From the NCBI GenBank assembly GCA_963674745.2, contig CAXXDV010000001.1:2630361-2694360 (forward strand): DNA of 64,000 bases, written 5' to 3'. Positions 19,058 to 29,327 of the stretch are shown one piece after another. Positions within the stretch are counted from its first letter, which is position 1. Each line of letters starts with the position of its first letter. A program made the position numbers and the translations under genes. Under the pieces are notes generated by a model. The model did no database searches. It was not told where the DNA came from and saw nothing but the letters and a program-made list of their open reading frames with translations. The stretch is from Desulfosudaceae bacterium. GTDB taxonomy: Bacteria; Desulfobacterota; Desulfobacteria; Desulfobacterales; Desulfosudaceae.

Positions 19058-20184
19058 TGGGGAAAACAAGAATGAGAATGTTGATAATCACCTGGAATTT
19101 TCCGCCCAAACGGGGAGGCATGGAAAATTTACTTTATGATATCTATTCCCATCTTTCACAGGTATATACCATTCAAGTCATCGCTCCGATGTCGTCCGAT
19201 TCGGATTCGGAGGATAATGCCATTTACCGGCCTGGTTTTGGGGGGTTTATACCCTTTATCCTCTTTTCATTTTTCAAGGGAATTCGTCTGCTTAACAAAA
19301 ACCGGGCGGACATTATTTTGGGCGGAAGCCTGGCGGTCTTGCCGGTGGTGGTATTGCTGAAGCTGGTTTTTCGGGTCAAGAGCATTGTTTACGCGCATGG
19401 TCTTGATATAATATATAATAATTCTATTTATCAAACCATGCTTAAAGTATGTGCGCCATTGATGGACGGGGTTCTCTGTAACAGCCATAATACCCGGGAT
19501 TTATTGGCCCAAAAGATGCCGAAAATTAAAAACGTAGCTGTCATCCCTCCCGGTGTGGATATCCAGGACGAACCGGACAGGACCGCCCGCCCCTATCCGC
19601 GCAAGTATCTTTTAAGCGTCGGCCGACTGGTACCACGAAAAGGCCTGACCGGTTTTATCGCGCATTGTTTCCGTCACATCGCCGAAAAGCATGATGACGT
19701 GGATTTATTGATTGTCGGGGAGGAGCCCGGGGAAGCGATGTTTCATCAGGCCGGATATCGGCAGGAAATTATTGATTGTATTTTTGAAAACGGTTTGCAG
19801 GAACGGGTTCATTTACTTGGCTGGGTCGACGAGACCCGAAAAATGACATTGTATCGGTTTTGTGAATGTCTGGTTTTCCCGGTGATCCCGATTGACGACG
19901 ACGTGGAAGGCTTTGGTATTGTGGCGATAGAAGCGGGCATCATGGGCCGCCCGACGGTGGCTTTTAATGTGGGGGGCATTGCGGATGCGATTGATCAAAA
20001 GGCCGGTGTGCTGATTGAAGCCATGGATTATCAATCAATGACGCAGGAGATTGACCATATTATTGCCGGTCAACAATTTTCAGATTCCGCCAGTATCTCG
20101 AAGGCTGTCAAGGAACATTATTCCTGGAGTCGAACAGTGCATGAATATATAATTTTTATAAATAAGATAGCCGGTATGGATTGA
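19054..20184 (+). CDS. GT4 glycosyltransferase (PimB-like)
   Basis: FPPKRGGME, VGRLVPRKG, EGFGIVAIEA. Confidence 0.9.
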   Translation: MMGKTRMRMLIITWNFPPKRGGMENLLYDIYSHLSQVYTIQVIAPMSSDSDSEDNAIYRPGFGGFIPFILFSFFKGIRLLNKNRADIILGGSLAVLPVVVLLKLVFRVKSIVYAHGLDIIYNNSIYQTMLKVCAPLMDGVLCNSHNTRDLLAQKMPKIKNVAVIPPGVDIQDEPDRTARPYPRKYLLSVGRLVPRKGLTGFIAHCFRHIAEKHDDVDLLIVGEEPGEAMFHQAGYRQEIIDCIFENGLQERVHLLGWVDETRKMTLYRFCECLVFPVIPIDDDVEGFGIVAIEAGIMGRPTVAFNVGGIADAIDQKAGVLIEAMDYQSMTQEIDHIIAGQQFSDSASISKAVKEHYSWSRTVHEYIIFINKIAGMD

Positions 20185-20260
20185 GGGATGCGAGGGCGGC
20201 AAGCCGGTTTGCCTGGTCATCCTGTAGCGCAATATGGCGTGCTCAGAAAAAGCGGAGAAC

Positions 20261-20983
20261 ATGATGGATAGCGAGACCTCTACCGAAGCGCTTGATGATA
20301 TTCGAAATTATTATGATACGGTTTATTACCGTGAACCCAGGACTTCTTCCAGGGTTTCCAGGCACCTGTTCAGGCTGTCAAATAAAATTTGTGTACAGGA
20401 GCACCAGACCGTGCTGGATATCGCCTGTGGTCAGGCAGAATGGCTGTGTGTCTGTAGCCAACGTGGGGCGGTACCATATGGAATCGATTTGTCTTTCAGG
20501 GCGATCGCAAGGGGTAAGCAGGTGCTTCCCCGGGGGGGTGTGTGTGCCGGATCCGCCGGCTTCCTGCCGATTAAAAGTGGCATCTTTGACATCGTTTCCT
20601 GCCTGGGTGCGTTAGAACATTTTCCGGATCAGCGCAAAGCAATTGCCGAGATGATTCGTGTTGCTAAGGTTGATGCCGCGTTTTTACTGTTGGTACCGAA
20701 TGCCGATTTTTTAACCCGTCGATTGGGTTTTTTCGGCGGTACGGATCAAAGCAAAATTAAAGAGGATGTAAAAACACTTGAAGAATGGGAACGCCTTTTT
20801 GTGCAGGCCGGCCTGGAGGTCAAAGAAAAATGGCGTGATTTGCATGTCTTTTCCTGGTCGTGGATATCATTGGGGCGGTGGTACTCAATCCCCTTGCGTT
20901 TTATTCAGGCGTTGGCGCTGACAATCTGGCCGCTGAAGTGGCAGTATCAGGTTTATTTCTTGTGCAACAGGAAGTCTGTCTGA
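20261..20983 (+). CDS. Class I SAM-dependent methyltransferase
   Basis: VLDIACG, GIDLS, GALEH. Confidence 0.85.
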   Translation: MMDSETSTEALDDIRNYYDTVYYREPRTSSRVSRHLFRLSNKICVQEHQTVLDIACGQAEWLCVCSQRGAVPYGIDLSFRAIARGKQVLPRGGVCAGSAGFLPIKSGIFDIVSCLGALEHFPDQRKAIAEMIRVAKVDAAFLLLVPNADFLTRRLGFFGGTDQSKIKEDVKTLEEWERLFVQAGLEVKEKWRDLHVFSWSWISLGRWYSIPLRFIQALALTIWPLKWQYQVYFLCNRKSV

Positions 20984-21029
20984 ACACAATATGTTCGTTG
21001 GCGCTCCTGCGGTTGTCGCCTGATTATTC

Positions 21030-21076
21030 TTGACAAAAATATGTTGTCGTGTTATGAGTAAAACAATTACTCATAA
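21030..21076 (+). promoter_or_regulatory. Promoter with overlapping perfect inverted-repeat operator
   Basis: TTGACA 21030-21035, TG-T-TATGAG -10 at 17 nt spacing; TTATGAGTAA-N5-TTACTCATAA at 21052-21076. Confidence 0.65.
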
Positions 21077-21091
21077 AATGACAGGTTCGGT

Positions 21092-21640
21092 ATGCAGAAT
21101 GTCCTTTCCGGCATCATCACATCAAAGTTAAAAATCAAGATGCTTGTCCGGTTTTTTCTAAATCCGGCTTCCAGGGCCTATTTGAGAGAACTGTCAGCCG
21201 AGTTCCAGGTTTCCTCTAACGCTGTAAGGACGGAGTTGAATCATCTGGCTGAAGCCAGTCTGATTGAATCCGAAAAAGACGGTCGAAAAGTCCTTTACCG
21301 TGCCAACCGGCAGCATCCCCTGTTTCCCGAACTGGCCTCCATGGCCAGAAAATCCTTGGGCGTAGATCAGGTGATTGAAAGCGTTGTCACCCGACTGGGG
21401 CGGCTGGAAAAAGCGTACCTGCTGGATGACTATGCCCTGGGAAAAGATACCGGTATTATAGATCTGTTGCTGGTGGGTGAAATCGATAATTTTCATCTTC
21501 ATGATTTGAGCAAGAAAACAGAACGATATCTCAAAAGAAAAATCCGTCATCTGGTGCTGACAGAAGAAGAATTTCAGCGTTTCCTAAAAGATTTTCAGGG
21601 CCGTCCCTCGTTGTTGATCTGGGAAGCGCCGAAACAATAA
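21092..21640 (+). CDS. Winged-HTH (ArsR-like) regulator with nucleotidyltransferase-like C-terminal domain
   Basis: YLRELSAEFQVSSNAVRTELNHL HTH; DDYALGKDTGIIDLLLVG MNT-like motif. Confidence 0.8.
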   Translation: MQNVLSGIITSKLKIKMLVRFFLNPASRAYLRELSAEFQVSSNAVRTELNHLAEASLIESEKDGRKVLYRANRQHPLFPELASMARKSLGVDQVIESVVTRLGRLEKAYLLDDYALGKDTGIIDLLLVGEIDNFHLHDLSKKTERYLKRKIRHLVLTEEEFQRFLKDFQGRPSLLIWEAPKQ

Positions 21641-21838
21641 AATGTAAACAGAATAGATAAACTATTCAAATGGTTATTGTTAAAATCCGGTTGTAACCCG
21701 GGCGGCGGAGCTTTCTGCTAAGGATGTGGATGCACCGGAATACAAGGTTTATGGTTACTCAGATTCATACAAAAGTTCGGTGGCCTGATTTTTTATGCCA
21801 TGCGCCCCGATGAACAGGAATAAACCGCAGCACCATAA

Positions 21839-22816
21839 ATGAAAAAATTTATTATCATAACGACGATAAACGAGAAAACCAGGGCCGTCTGCGAGTTTGA
21901 GCGCCGGCCAGGCTGGCACACCATCGTTGTCGGCGACCGGAAAAGCAAACCCATCAGAAACAGCGAAAGCCTCACTTTTCTTTCATTGGATGATCAACGG
22001 AAGCTGGGGTTTCACCTGACAGAAAATCTTCCCCTAAACCACTACACCAGAAAAAATATCGGCTACCTGTATGCCATTCGTGAGGGGGCTGATGTGATCT
22101 ATGATACCGATGATGATAACGTGCCAAATCCTGACTGGAAGACCGAAGGTTTTACGTGCGAAAACAGCCTTCAATGTCATGACATCTGGATTAATGTGTA
22201 TCGGTATTTTACCCGGGATTATATCTGGCCGCGAGGCTTCCCGCTTGATCAGATCAATCAGGATCAGGCGCTGACGGTAGAAAAAACCTTGCCGGTTAAG
22301 ATAGGTGTCTGGCAGGGGCTGGTCGATAACGACCCGGATGTGGACGCCATTTATCGGTTGATATTGAACAAACCGGTAAAATTTGACCGTCGAAAAGCGA
22401 TAGCCCTGCCGGTGAATAGCTTCTGTCCCTTTAATTCTCAAAATACCCTGTGGTCTAAAGAAGCATTCCCGTTGCTGTACCTTCCGGCAACAACCAGCTT
22501 CAGGTTTACGGATATCCTGCGCGGTCTTATCGCACAGAAATTGTTATGGGTGTCCGGTATGCACCTGGGGTTTCATCAGGCGACGGTCAGCCAGAACAGA
22601 AGTCATCATGATCTAATGAATGATTTCAGAGAAGAAGTCGAGTGTTATTTAAATACAACAACGATCGTCGATGTTTTGCAGGGAATCGATTTTCCAGGTA
22701 ATGCCCTCGAAAACCTGTGCCTTGCTTATCAGCGATTGCATGCCGGCCGACTGGTAAGTGCGGACGAACTGTTGTTTCTAGATGCATGGCGGAAGGACCT
22801 TGAGCAGGTTCTATAA
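21839..22816 (+). CDS. STELLO/DUF288-like glycosyltransferase
   Basis: VVGDRKS, RKNIGYLYAI, YDTDDDN, WPRGFPL, QGLVDNDPDVDAIYRL, PFNSQNT, FRFTDILRG. Confidence 0.85.
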   Translation: MKKFIIITTINEKTRAVCEFERRPGWHTIVVGDRKSKPIRNSESLTFLSLDDQRKLGFHLTENLPLNHYTRKNIGYLYAIREGADVIYDTDDDNVPNPDWKTEGFTCENSLQCHDIWINVYRYFTRDYIWPRGFPLDQINQDQALTVEKTLPVKIGVWQGLVDNDPDVDAIYRLILNKPVKFDRRKAIALPVNSFCPFNSQNTLWSKEAFPLLYLPATTSFRFTDILRGLIAQKLLWVSGMHLGFHQATVSQNRSHHDLMNDFREEVECYLNTTTIVDVLQGIDFPGNALENLCLAYQRLHAGRLVSADELLFLDAWRKDLEQVL

Positions 22817-22843
22817 GGCAAAGAAAATCCGGACATTTTTATT

Positions 22844-23668
22844 GTGAGCGAAGAAACCATTTACGTATCAGCAGAGAAAAGAGGGCTCGCCTATTGGAAA
22901 GACCTTTGGCGGTATCGGGAACTTTTTTACTTTCTGGCCTGGCGGGATATCCTGGTCCGATACAAGCAGACGATTATCGGGATCGCGTGGGCACTGATCC
23001 GGCCGATGTTGATGATGATCGTGTTTACCGTCATCTTCGGCAAACTGGCGAAGTTGCCGTCCGATAACGCACCGTATGCCATCATGGTTTTTGCCGCCAT
23101 GCTGCCCTGGCAGTTTTTTTCAACGGCTTTTACCGAGGCCGGTAACAGCATGGTCGGAAACGCAAGTATGATTTCAAAAATATACTTTCCCAGATTAATC
23201 ATACCCACCAGTACCGTTATTGTCAGTTTCGTCGATTTTTTCATCTCTTTTTCCATACTTGTCTGTCTGATGGTATGGTATGGTTTTGTCCCCGGGCCGC
23301 GTATTCTGATGCTGCCGTTGTTTATGGTGCTGGCTTTTGCCGCTTCTCTTGGCGCCGGATTGTGGATCGCCGCGCTTAATGTCAAATACCGGGATTTCCG
23401 CATTATCGTTCCATTTGTCGTGCAGATGGGGTTGTATATCTCGCCGGTGGGTTTCAGCAGTAACATTGTACCGGAAAAGTGGCGCCTGGTTTACTCCATC
23501 AATCCCATGGTCGGTGTTATAGACGGTTTCCGCTGGTCCATCCTCGGCGGTGATTATCATCTTTACTGGCCCGGTCTCTGGCTGTCCATTGTGCTTGTGG
23601 GGATTATCTTTTTCGGCGGATTGTGGTATTTCCGCGAGTCCGAAAAACAATTCGCGGATGTGATTTAA
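22844..23668 (+). CDS. wzm: ABC-2 polysaccharide exporter permease
   Basis: LWRYRELFYFLAWRDILVRYKQT, KIYFPR, FADVI C-terminus. Confidence 0.95.
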   Translation: MSEETIYVSAEKRGLAYWKDLWRYRELFYFLAWRDILVRYKQTIIGIAWALIRPMLMMIVFTVIFGKLAKLPSDNAPYAIMVFAAMLPWQFFSTAFTEAGNSMVGNASMISKIYFPRLIIPTSTVIVSFVDFFISFSILVCLMVWYGFVPGPRILMLPLFMVLAFAASLGAGLWIAALNVKYRDFRIIVPFVVQMGLYISPVGFSSNIVPEKWRLVYSINPMVGVIDGFRWSILGGDYHLYWPGLWLSIVLVGIIFFGGLWYFRESEKQFADVI

Positions 23669-23674
23669 CAGATT

Positions 23675-24952
23675 ATGACGACCGTTATTAAAGTTGACCA
23701 TCTTTCCAAAAGTTACCTGATCGGGCACCAGAAACGCGTGCGATACCTGACCTTACGCGATGTTCTGGCCCATAAGGCCCGCGGGATGGCGCAGCGTATC
23801 CGTCATCCGCTTTCTCCCAACAAAGAGACGGTTCAGTTGGAGGAGTTCTGGGCGCTTAAAGACATCAACCTGGAGATTCAGCAGGGGGAACGGGTCGGCA
23901 TTATAGGGCGAAACGGTGCCGGAAAGTCGACCCTGCTGAAAATATTGAGCCGTATCACGGAGCCCACCAAAGGCAGATTCATGCTTAATGGCAGGGTGGC
24001 CAGCCTTCTGGAGGTGGGCACCGGGTTTCATCCGGAACTTTCTGGCAGGGAGAATATCTTTCTTAACGGCGCTGTCCTGGGTATGAAAAAACAGGAGATT
24101 AAACGGAGATTCGACGAGATCGTCGCTTTTGCCGAGGTAGAGAAATTTCTGGACACACCGGTTAAACGCTATTCCAGCGGCATGTATGTGCGGCTTGCTT
24201 TTGCCGTGGCAGCGCATCTTGAATCCGAAATTTTGATTGTTGACGAGGTGTTGGCCGTAGGTGACTTGGCGTTTCAGAAAAAGTGCCTGGGGAAAATGGG
24301 CGAAGTTGGTGGGGGGGCACGGACGGTATTGTTTGTGAGTCATAATATGAACTCGATAACAAGCTTATGTGAGCGTTGCTTGTTGCTCGAAGATGGCGAT
24401 ATCATTCGGTATGGGGATACCAAAGATGTTATAGAAACATATCTTGATAGAGATTACTGCTTGTTGAAAAGTGATGTTGAGACTTCCGATTACAGGCGAC
24501 CGGTCAATCATGGCATTAAAGTGAAAATTAAAAGAGTTAAACTGCACCATAATGAGAAAGTAGCCAAATTATCATTGGGCAGTCCTTTTGAAATTGAAAT
24601 ATTTGTGGATGTTTATACCAGAGTTGAGAATATTTCAGTCGGTTTATCAATTATATCCTTTGATGAAATAAATATTATCGGAAGCACCAGCGCAATAGAT
24701 CATGGAATTTATCATTTCCTTGAAGTCGGCACATATAAAATAAAGGCACGAATGGCTCCTTTTATTCTCGCACCAGGAAAATATAATATTCATATTGATG
24801 TGCGCAATGAGTATGAACGTCTTGATTATTTATACGCCTGCCTCCCCTTTGAGGTTGTTGAGACACGAAAAATTGAAAGCCTGTGGTTCAGGAACAAGGA
24901 AGGTTTTTTTAAGTCAGAATTCGAATGGAAGTTTAATAAAAATACAAGGTGA
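23675..24952 (+). CDS. wzt: Polysaccharide ABC exporter ATPase with C-terminal carbohydrate-binding domain
   Basis: GRNGAGKST, YSSGMYVRLAF, IVDEVLAVGD, C-terminal Wzt_C-type beta domain. Confidence 0.95.
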   Translation: MTTVIKVDHLSKSYLIGHQKRVRYLTLRDVLAHKARGMAQRIRHPLSPNKETVQLEEFWALKDINLEIQQGERVGIIGRNGAGKSTLLKILSRITEPTKGRFMLNGRVASLLEVGTGFHPELSGRENIFLNGAVLGMKKQEIKRRFDEIVAFAEVEKFLDTPVKRYSSGMYVRLAFAVAAHLESEILIVDEVLAVGDLAFQKKCLGKMGEVGGGARTVLFVSHNMNSITSLCERCLLLEDGDIIRYGDTKDVIETYLDRDYCLLKSDVETSDYRRPVNHGIKVKIKRVKLHHNEKVAKLSLGSPFEIEIFVDVYTRVENISVGLSIISFDEINIIGSTSAIDHGIYHFLEVGTYKIKARMAPFILAPGKYNIHIDVRNEYERLDYLYACLPFEVVETRKIESLWFRNKEGFFKSEFEWKFNKNTR

Positions 24953-25026
24953 TAGAATCCAAAGTAATGGAGAAAGTTAAAATTTCAGCGCACATTTTTA
25001 ACCGTAATGAATAAGGAGTTCGGTGG

Positions 25027-27369
25027 ATGCAAAACATCGAAACAAATGACAACAGGTCGGAACATAAAACCATCTCTGATATTTTAGATATGCCGTATTT
25101 ACAGCTTTTCTGTTCACCCGTCTGCAACCTGAATTGTAAATATTGCTCCAACCGGAAAAGAAAACAGCAGGGAGAGGGCGAAAATAAAGATTTTAATTTT
25201 TTAAAATCGAAGGATTTACACAATTTTATAAAAAATATTCCGCCTACTCATCTGTATGTAAGCGGTGGAGAGCCTTTAATCCATCCGGGAATCAAAGAGT
25301 TTGTCCTTATGGCCGGCGAGTCAGGCCATAAAATTTCATTTGATACTAATTTTTCACTCTCTCGTAACAGGCTGTACGAGCTATTTACAGCCTGGGATCC
25401 TGAATACATAGGCTTTGTAAATATAAGTCATCATTTAGTTTGCAACATCTCCTTCAAAGACATGGAAAAACGGGTCACGATGCTCAAGGATATGTCATTT
25501 CCCCATTTCGTTAAATATGTCGGTGTCCCGGAATTGCGTTTTGATATTGAGAAATATCTGAACCGGTGGAAAGAAAATAAAACAGGGGCGGCCGTTACGG
25601 TCCTGCAAGGAAAATGGAATGGACGTACATTACCTGAAAATTATACCAGTAAGGAGGTCCTTCATTTTTTGAAAATGATTACCTTAAACACCCATGGCCT
25701 TCAATTTTTTGGTGGTATAAAATCATTTGGTCTTCAATGCCGGGGGGGTAATGACTTTTTATGTTACAATATGCTTAATAAAAGGGAATTCATTCCTTGC
25801 TGTCATGGTGAACCTTATCCGAGGGATATTCATAAGACTTATTTTTTTACTAAAGAAAAACGGAAGCTTTTTTGTCCGATAGATTTTTGCGTGGGTGATA
25901 TTATGCTTATCGCAGGCATTAATGGGATTATGGATGAAAAAAAATGCTTCGAAAATATCTGTAACGGTGAATATACATTTATCGGTGCCGATGGCTTTTT
26001 TGAATATATACAAATGATTCAAAACGACGGGTTTGAAATTTGTGATGGCCAAAAATTGGTTGACATTAAAAACGCATATAGCGCGAATCCTTTTCCGACA
26101 ATTAAGAATGCCGTTGAGCATGCTAAATTAAAATTAAGTAAGCCTTCTCATACATTAAAGCGCGTAAAAATGAAAGTTTCCCGGATGCTTTACAGGCCCG
26201 ATACAAACATGTTGATGGCAAAGAAAACGGCCGGGGAGAAGCTTGATTATCTGGAAGCATTTGTCTCTCGTTGGAACCGTCCCGAGTCGGTCATCAGTTC
26301 AAAAAAACATTTGCGACCGATTCTGGTAAATGAATTGAAAAACGCGCCCGATCTGGATGATAAGACACTGGTCCGTTTTTTAGCCAAAAAAGTCGCTCAG
26401 TACCGTTATTCTCTCCCTTTAAAAATAAACGTGGAAGTCGCTTCCATATGTCCACTGCGATGTGATTATTGCGTTCTGGCGGATTTACAGAGTTATCGCA
26501 GGAAAAAGTTAATGGGTTATGAAGACTTTTTAAGGGTTTGGAAATTTATGGAAGTTTTCACCACGGAGGTTGAATTTACCGGTGGTGAACCTTTAATGAA
26601 TCAACATGTATTTGATATGATCAAAAAGACACGTGAAACAGGTGTCAAATCCACGTTAACGACGAATGCCTCATTACTGACCGAAAACAAAATTTTAAAT
26701 ATCCTGGATGCCCGGCCGACGAATATCCTTATCGCCTATGACAGCAGTGATCCAGAAACCTATGAATCGACGCGAAAAAAAGGAAAGGCAAATAAATTAG
26801 TAGACAATGTAAAAACGATGATCCGTTTGAAGAAAGAACGGGGCTTGCACTTCCCGAATATCATTCTACAGATGGTGATACATAAAAAGAACCAGTACGA
26901 TGCACAGGATTTTTTGCAGGAAGCAAGGCAAATAGGCGCTGATGTGGCCAATCTGAAACCGGTTTTCATGTGGCCCGGCGAGAGCGGGGAATATGAAAAA
27001 ATGATGCTCGATAAATATCTTATTCCTGGTCACCCGATGAGTTATTACAGATTGGATGATAATGGAAATCTTATGAATACAAGAGAACCGGGCGTTTGTC
27101 CGAACATGCAACATGTCCATATCGGGAGCGGGAGTGAGGTGATTCCCTGCTGGTATATTTTAAAAAATACGTATGTTGCCGGTTATGCCGCAGATACGCC
27201 GTTTTTCGATATCTGGTACAGCGATGAATATTTGGCTTACCGGCGACAAATGAAAGAAGGCACAGTGAATAAAGGGTGCTCAAAATGTATCGGAATGTAT
27301 AACCCGGCATTATGGAAAAGTTACAGATTAAAAAACAAAGATAAACTTTGCACGACTGAAATCTCATGA
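25027..27369 (+). CDS. Tandem radical SAM protein with SPASM/twitch-like C-terminus
   Basis: Two CxxxCxxC motifs (CNLNCKYC, CPLRCDYC), each followed by GGEP; C-terminal CPN...IPCW...CSKC. Confidence 0.85.
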   Translation: MQNIETNDNRSEHKTISDILDMPYLQLFCSPVCNLNCKYCSNRKRKQQGEGENKDFNFLKSKDLHNFIKNIPPTHLYVSGGEPLIHPGIKEFVLMAGESGHKISFDTNFSLSRNRLYELFTAWDPEYIGFVNISHHLVCNISFKDMEKRVTMLKDMSFPHFVKYVGVPELRFDIEKYLNRWKENKTGAAVTVLQGKWNGRTLPENYTSKEVLHFLKMITLNTHGLQFFGGIKSFGLQCRGGNDFLCYNMLNKREFIPCCHGEPYPRDIHKTYFFTKEKRKLFCPIDFCVGDIMLIAGINGIMDEKKCFENICNGEYTFIGADGFFEYIQMIQNDGFEICDGQKLVDIKNAYSANPFPTIKNAVEHAKLKLSKPSHTLKRVKMKVSRMLYRPDTNMLMAKKTAGEKLDYLEAFVSRWNRPESVISSKKHLRPILVNELKNAPDLDDKTLVRFLAKKVAQYRYSLPLKINVEVASICPLRCDYCVLADLQSYRRKKLMGYEDFLRVWKFMEVFTTEVEFTGGEPLMNQHVFDMIKKTRETGVKSTLTTNASLLTENKILNILDARPTNILIAYDSSDPETYESTRKKGKANKLVDNVKTMIRLKKERGLHFPNIILQMVIHKKNQYDAQDFLQEARQIGADVANLKPVFMWPGESGEYEKMMLDKYLIPGHPMSYYRLDDNGNLMNTREPGVCPNMQHVHIGSGSEVIPCWYILKNTYVAGYAADTPFFDIWYSDEYLAYRRQMKEGTVNKGCSKCIGMYNPALWKSYRLKNKDKLCTTEIS

Positions 27370-28310
27370 TTAAAAAAAATATTATCTGGCTGTCGGTTTT
27401 TGCTGTATTGGTTATGTCAATTCTTCTGTATTCAGGCCTGTTCCGCTCGCACCGGCCGGCCGGCATCCCTTTTACGGCCCCAAACGTTCTCCCCACCTTG
27501 TCACCGGAAGCGTTTAAAGATGTCATTCTTTCTGAAATCAGTGGTTTATCTGAGGCAATATCCGATAATGACCACTTGAAAACGACAACCTTGTTAAGAG
27601 AATATGTATACAAACATACCATATGGAGCAATGACGGTTTAAATTCCGAAAAATATTTTAAAACCACTTTATCACCACTGACAGCGCCCCAGATTTCAGC
27701 CTTGTTAAATACCAGGGAAATCGGGGTCCGATGCGGCGGCACTGCCATTTTTCTAGATAAAATATATAAATTGTTCGGATATCAATCAGGCTACTACAAT
27801 TATGGTCTGCCTGGTGTCTCTACCCATGTAACGACCTTGGTATGTATACCGAACAAAGACCGCACAGAAGTTGTCATTCAGGACGCAACCTTTAATTCCA
27901 GCCTGGCCATTAGTAAAAGAGAGAACCGGGATTTTTTTGACATAATGGATGCGCTGAAGGCCGGCCGGGGCCATGAAATAATATTGTTGGCGGGGACATC
28001 TGAGCCCAGAACAATATGCTTCAGTGATAATGCTGCCGGACTAAAGGTTTTAAAGCAATATCAATCATCGAATATACTCTTAGAAGAGCCCGTATTGACA
28101 ACGTCTTTAATAACCCACACACCAATCCTTTGTGCCAGGGGCGATTTAGATTTCTATTCAAGTTACCTGAGAAGAAACAAAACAAACATATTAAACGCCC
28201 TTTCAGAGAAATTGAATAAGAATGTAAATGAATGCAGTGTCTTTGAGTTAATGCTGTTTCCTTTAAGCAAATTGCCATTTAATAGAGATATGTCTCAATC
28301 AAAAAACTGA
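27366..28310 (+). CDS. Membrane-anchored protein, possible transglutaminase-like fold
   Basis: N-terminal TM; GVRCGG...THVTTLV...IQDATF resembles a Cys-His-Asp triad. Confidence 0.5.
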   Translation: MIKKNIIWLSVFAVLVMSILLYSGLFRSHRPAGIPFTAPNVLPTLSPEAFKDVILSEISGLSEAISDNDHLKTTTLLREYVYKHTIWSNDGLNSEKYFKTTLSPLTAPQISALLNTREIGVRCGGTAIFLDKIYKLFGYQSGYYNYGLPGVSTHVTTLVCIPNKDRTEVVIQDATFNSSLAISKRENRDFFDIMDALKAGRGHEIILLAGTSEPRTICFSDNAAGLKVLKQYQSSNILLEEPVLTTSLITHTPILCARGDLDFYSSYLRRNKTNILNALSEKLNKNVNECSVFELMLFPLSKLPFNRDMSQSKN

Positions 28311-28412
28311 ACAAATCTCTGCTTTGAGAAGCAGAAATATATTCCCCTCATATAACAGCTTCTGGTAAGTGCATAAGCAATTAAGCACTTACCAATAATC
28401 AGAATTGAGTAA

Positions 28413-29327
28413 ATGTTCAATGATTTATTAAAGCGGGGTGCTGATACCATGCAAAATTCGATTGAGCCATGTTTGAACTCCGAAAATGGGTGTTTTGCCC
28501 TTAAGGAGTTTGATTTTGAAACAACAAAGTATCCCCCTCCTCCTCCTCCGGAGTCCGTTGGCTGGGAACAATGTTGGCATGGCTATTATCAAATGATTAA
28601 AACGACCTGCACTGAATCACGCAATAGATTTAAAGAAATGTTTGATTTACCTTATTATGAAAACTTCGTATTGGAAATATTTTCTTTGATGAGTATTCTG
28701 AAGACACTCAGTAATCCGCTTCTAACTTTTTTTGAGCTTGGCAGCGGCAGAGCACCCATGTCTCTTGGTGCCGCTGCCGCCGTTAATCTTTTTCGATTGA
28801 ACCCGATATTGACATCCTATCGAATCCTGGCGGTAGAAGCGGAACCGGATCATTTTCTCTGGTCTCAGAAACATTTACATAAGCAGTCGATCAATGCGGA
28901 AGTCGTACATGGCGCGGTAACATCAAAAAATGGCAAATGCCGCTTTATGATAAGCCCCGATCCAGCCGCTCATATGGGACAGGCGGTATCAAAGAAGGGG
29001 GATATCAAGGTACCGTCTTTTACCATTGATCGGTTAAGAAAACTATACGGGTTTGACCGGATCAATATTATCCATATGGATATTCAAGGATCGGAGGTAG
29101 ATGCAATCAGGGGGGCAAAAATGAGCCTGAAGAAAAAGTTGATAGATTACTTGATTATCGGTACGCACGGTCTGGATATTGAAAAAAAATTAAAAACGCA
29201 GTTGTCCCCGACACATAATCTTCTTGTTGAACTGCCGGTACATGGTGTTTACAAAGCGCCCTCAATCAGCAAGGAATTTCGTTCAATTGATGACGGTGTG
29301 CATGTCTACCAAAGGAAAGGGCTTTAA
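28413..29327 (+). CDS. FkbM-family methyltransferase
   Basis: FFELGSG, AVEAEP, IHMDIQGSE, IGTH. Confidence 0.8.
   Translation: MFNDLLKRGADTMQNSIEPCLNSENGCFALKEFDFETTKYPPPPPPESVGWEQCWHGYYQMIKTTCTESRNRFKEMFDLPYYENFVLEIFSLMSILKTLSNPLLTFFELGSGRAPMSLGAAAAVNLFRLNPILTSYRILAVEAEPDHFLWSQKHLHKQSINAEVVHGAVTSKNGKCRFMISPDPAAHMGQAVSKKGDIKVPSFTIDRLRKLYGFDRINIIHMDIQGSEVDAIRGAKMSLKKKLIDYLIIGTHGLDIEKKLKTQLSPTHNLLVELPVHGVYKAPSISKEFRSIDDGVHVYQRKGL

Noticed and set aside
21695..21720. ops/JUMPstart-like GGCGGCGGAGC upstream of the glycan operon
   Set aside because: It does not match the GGCGGTAG consensus and no NusG paralog is present in the window; too weak to call.
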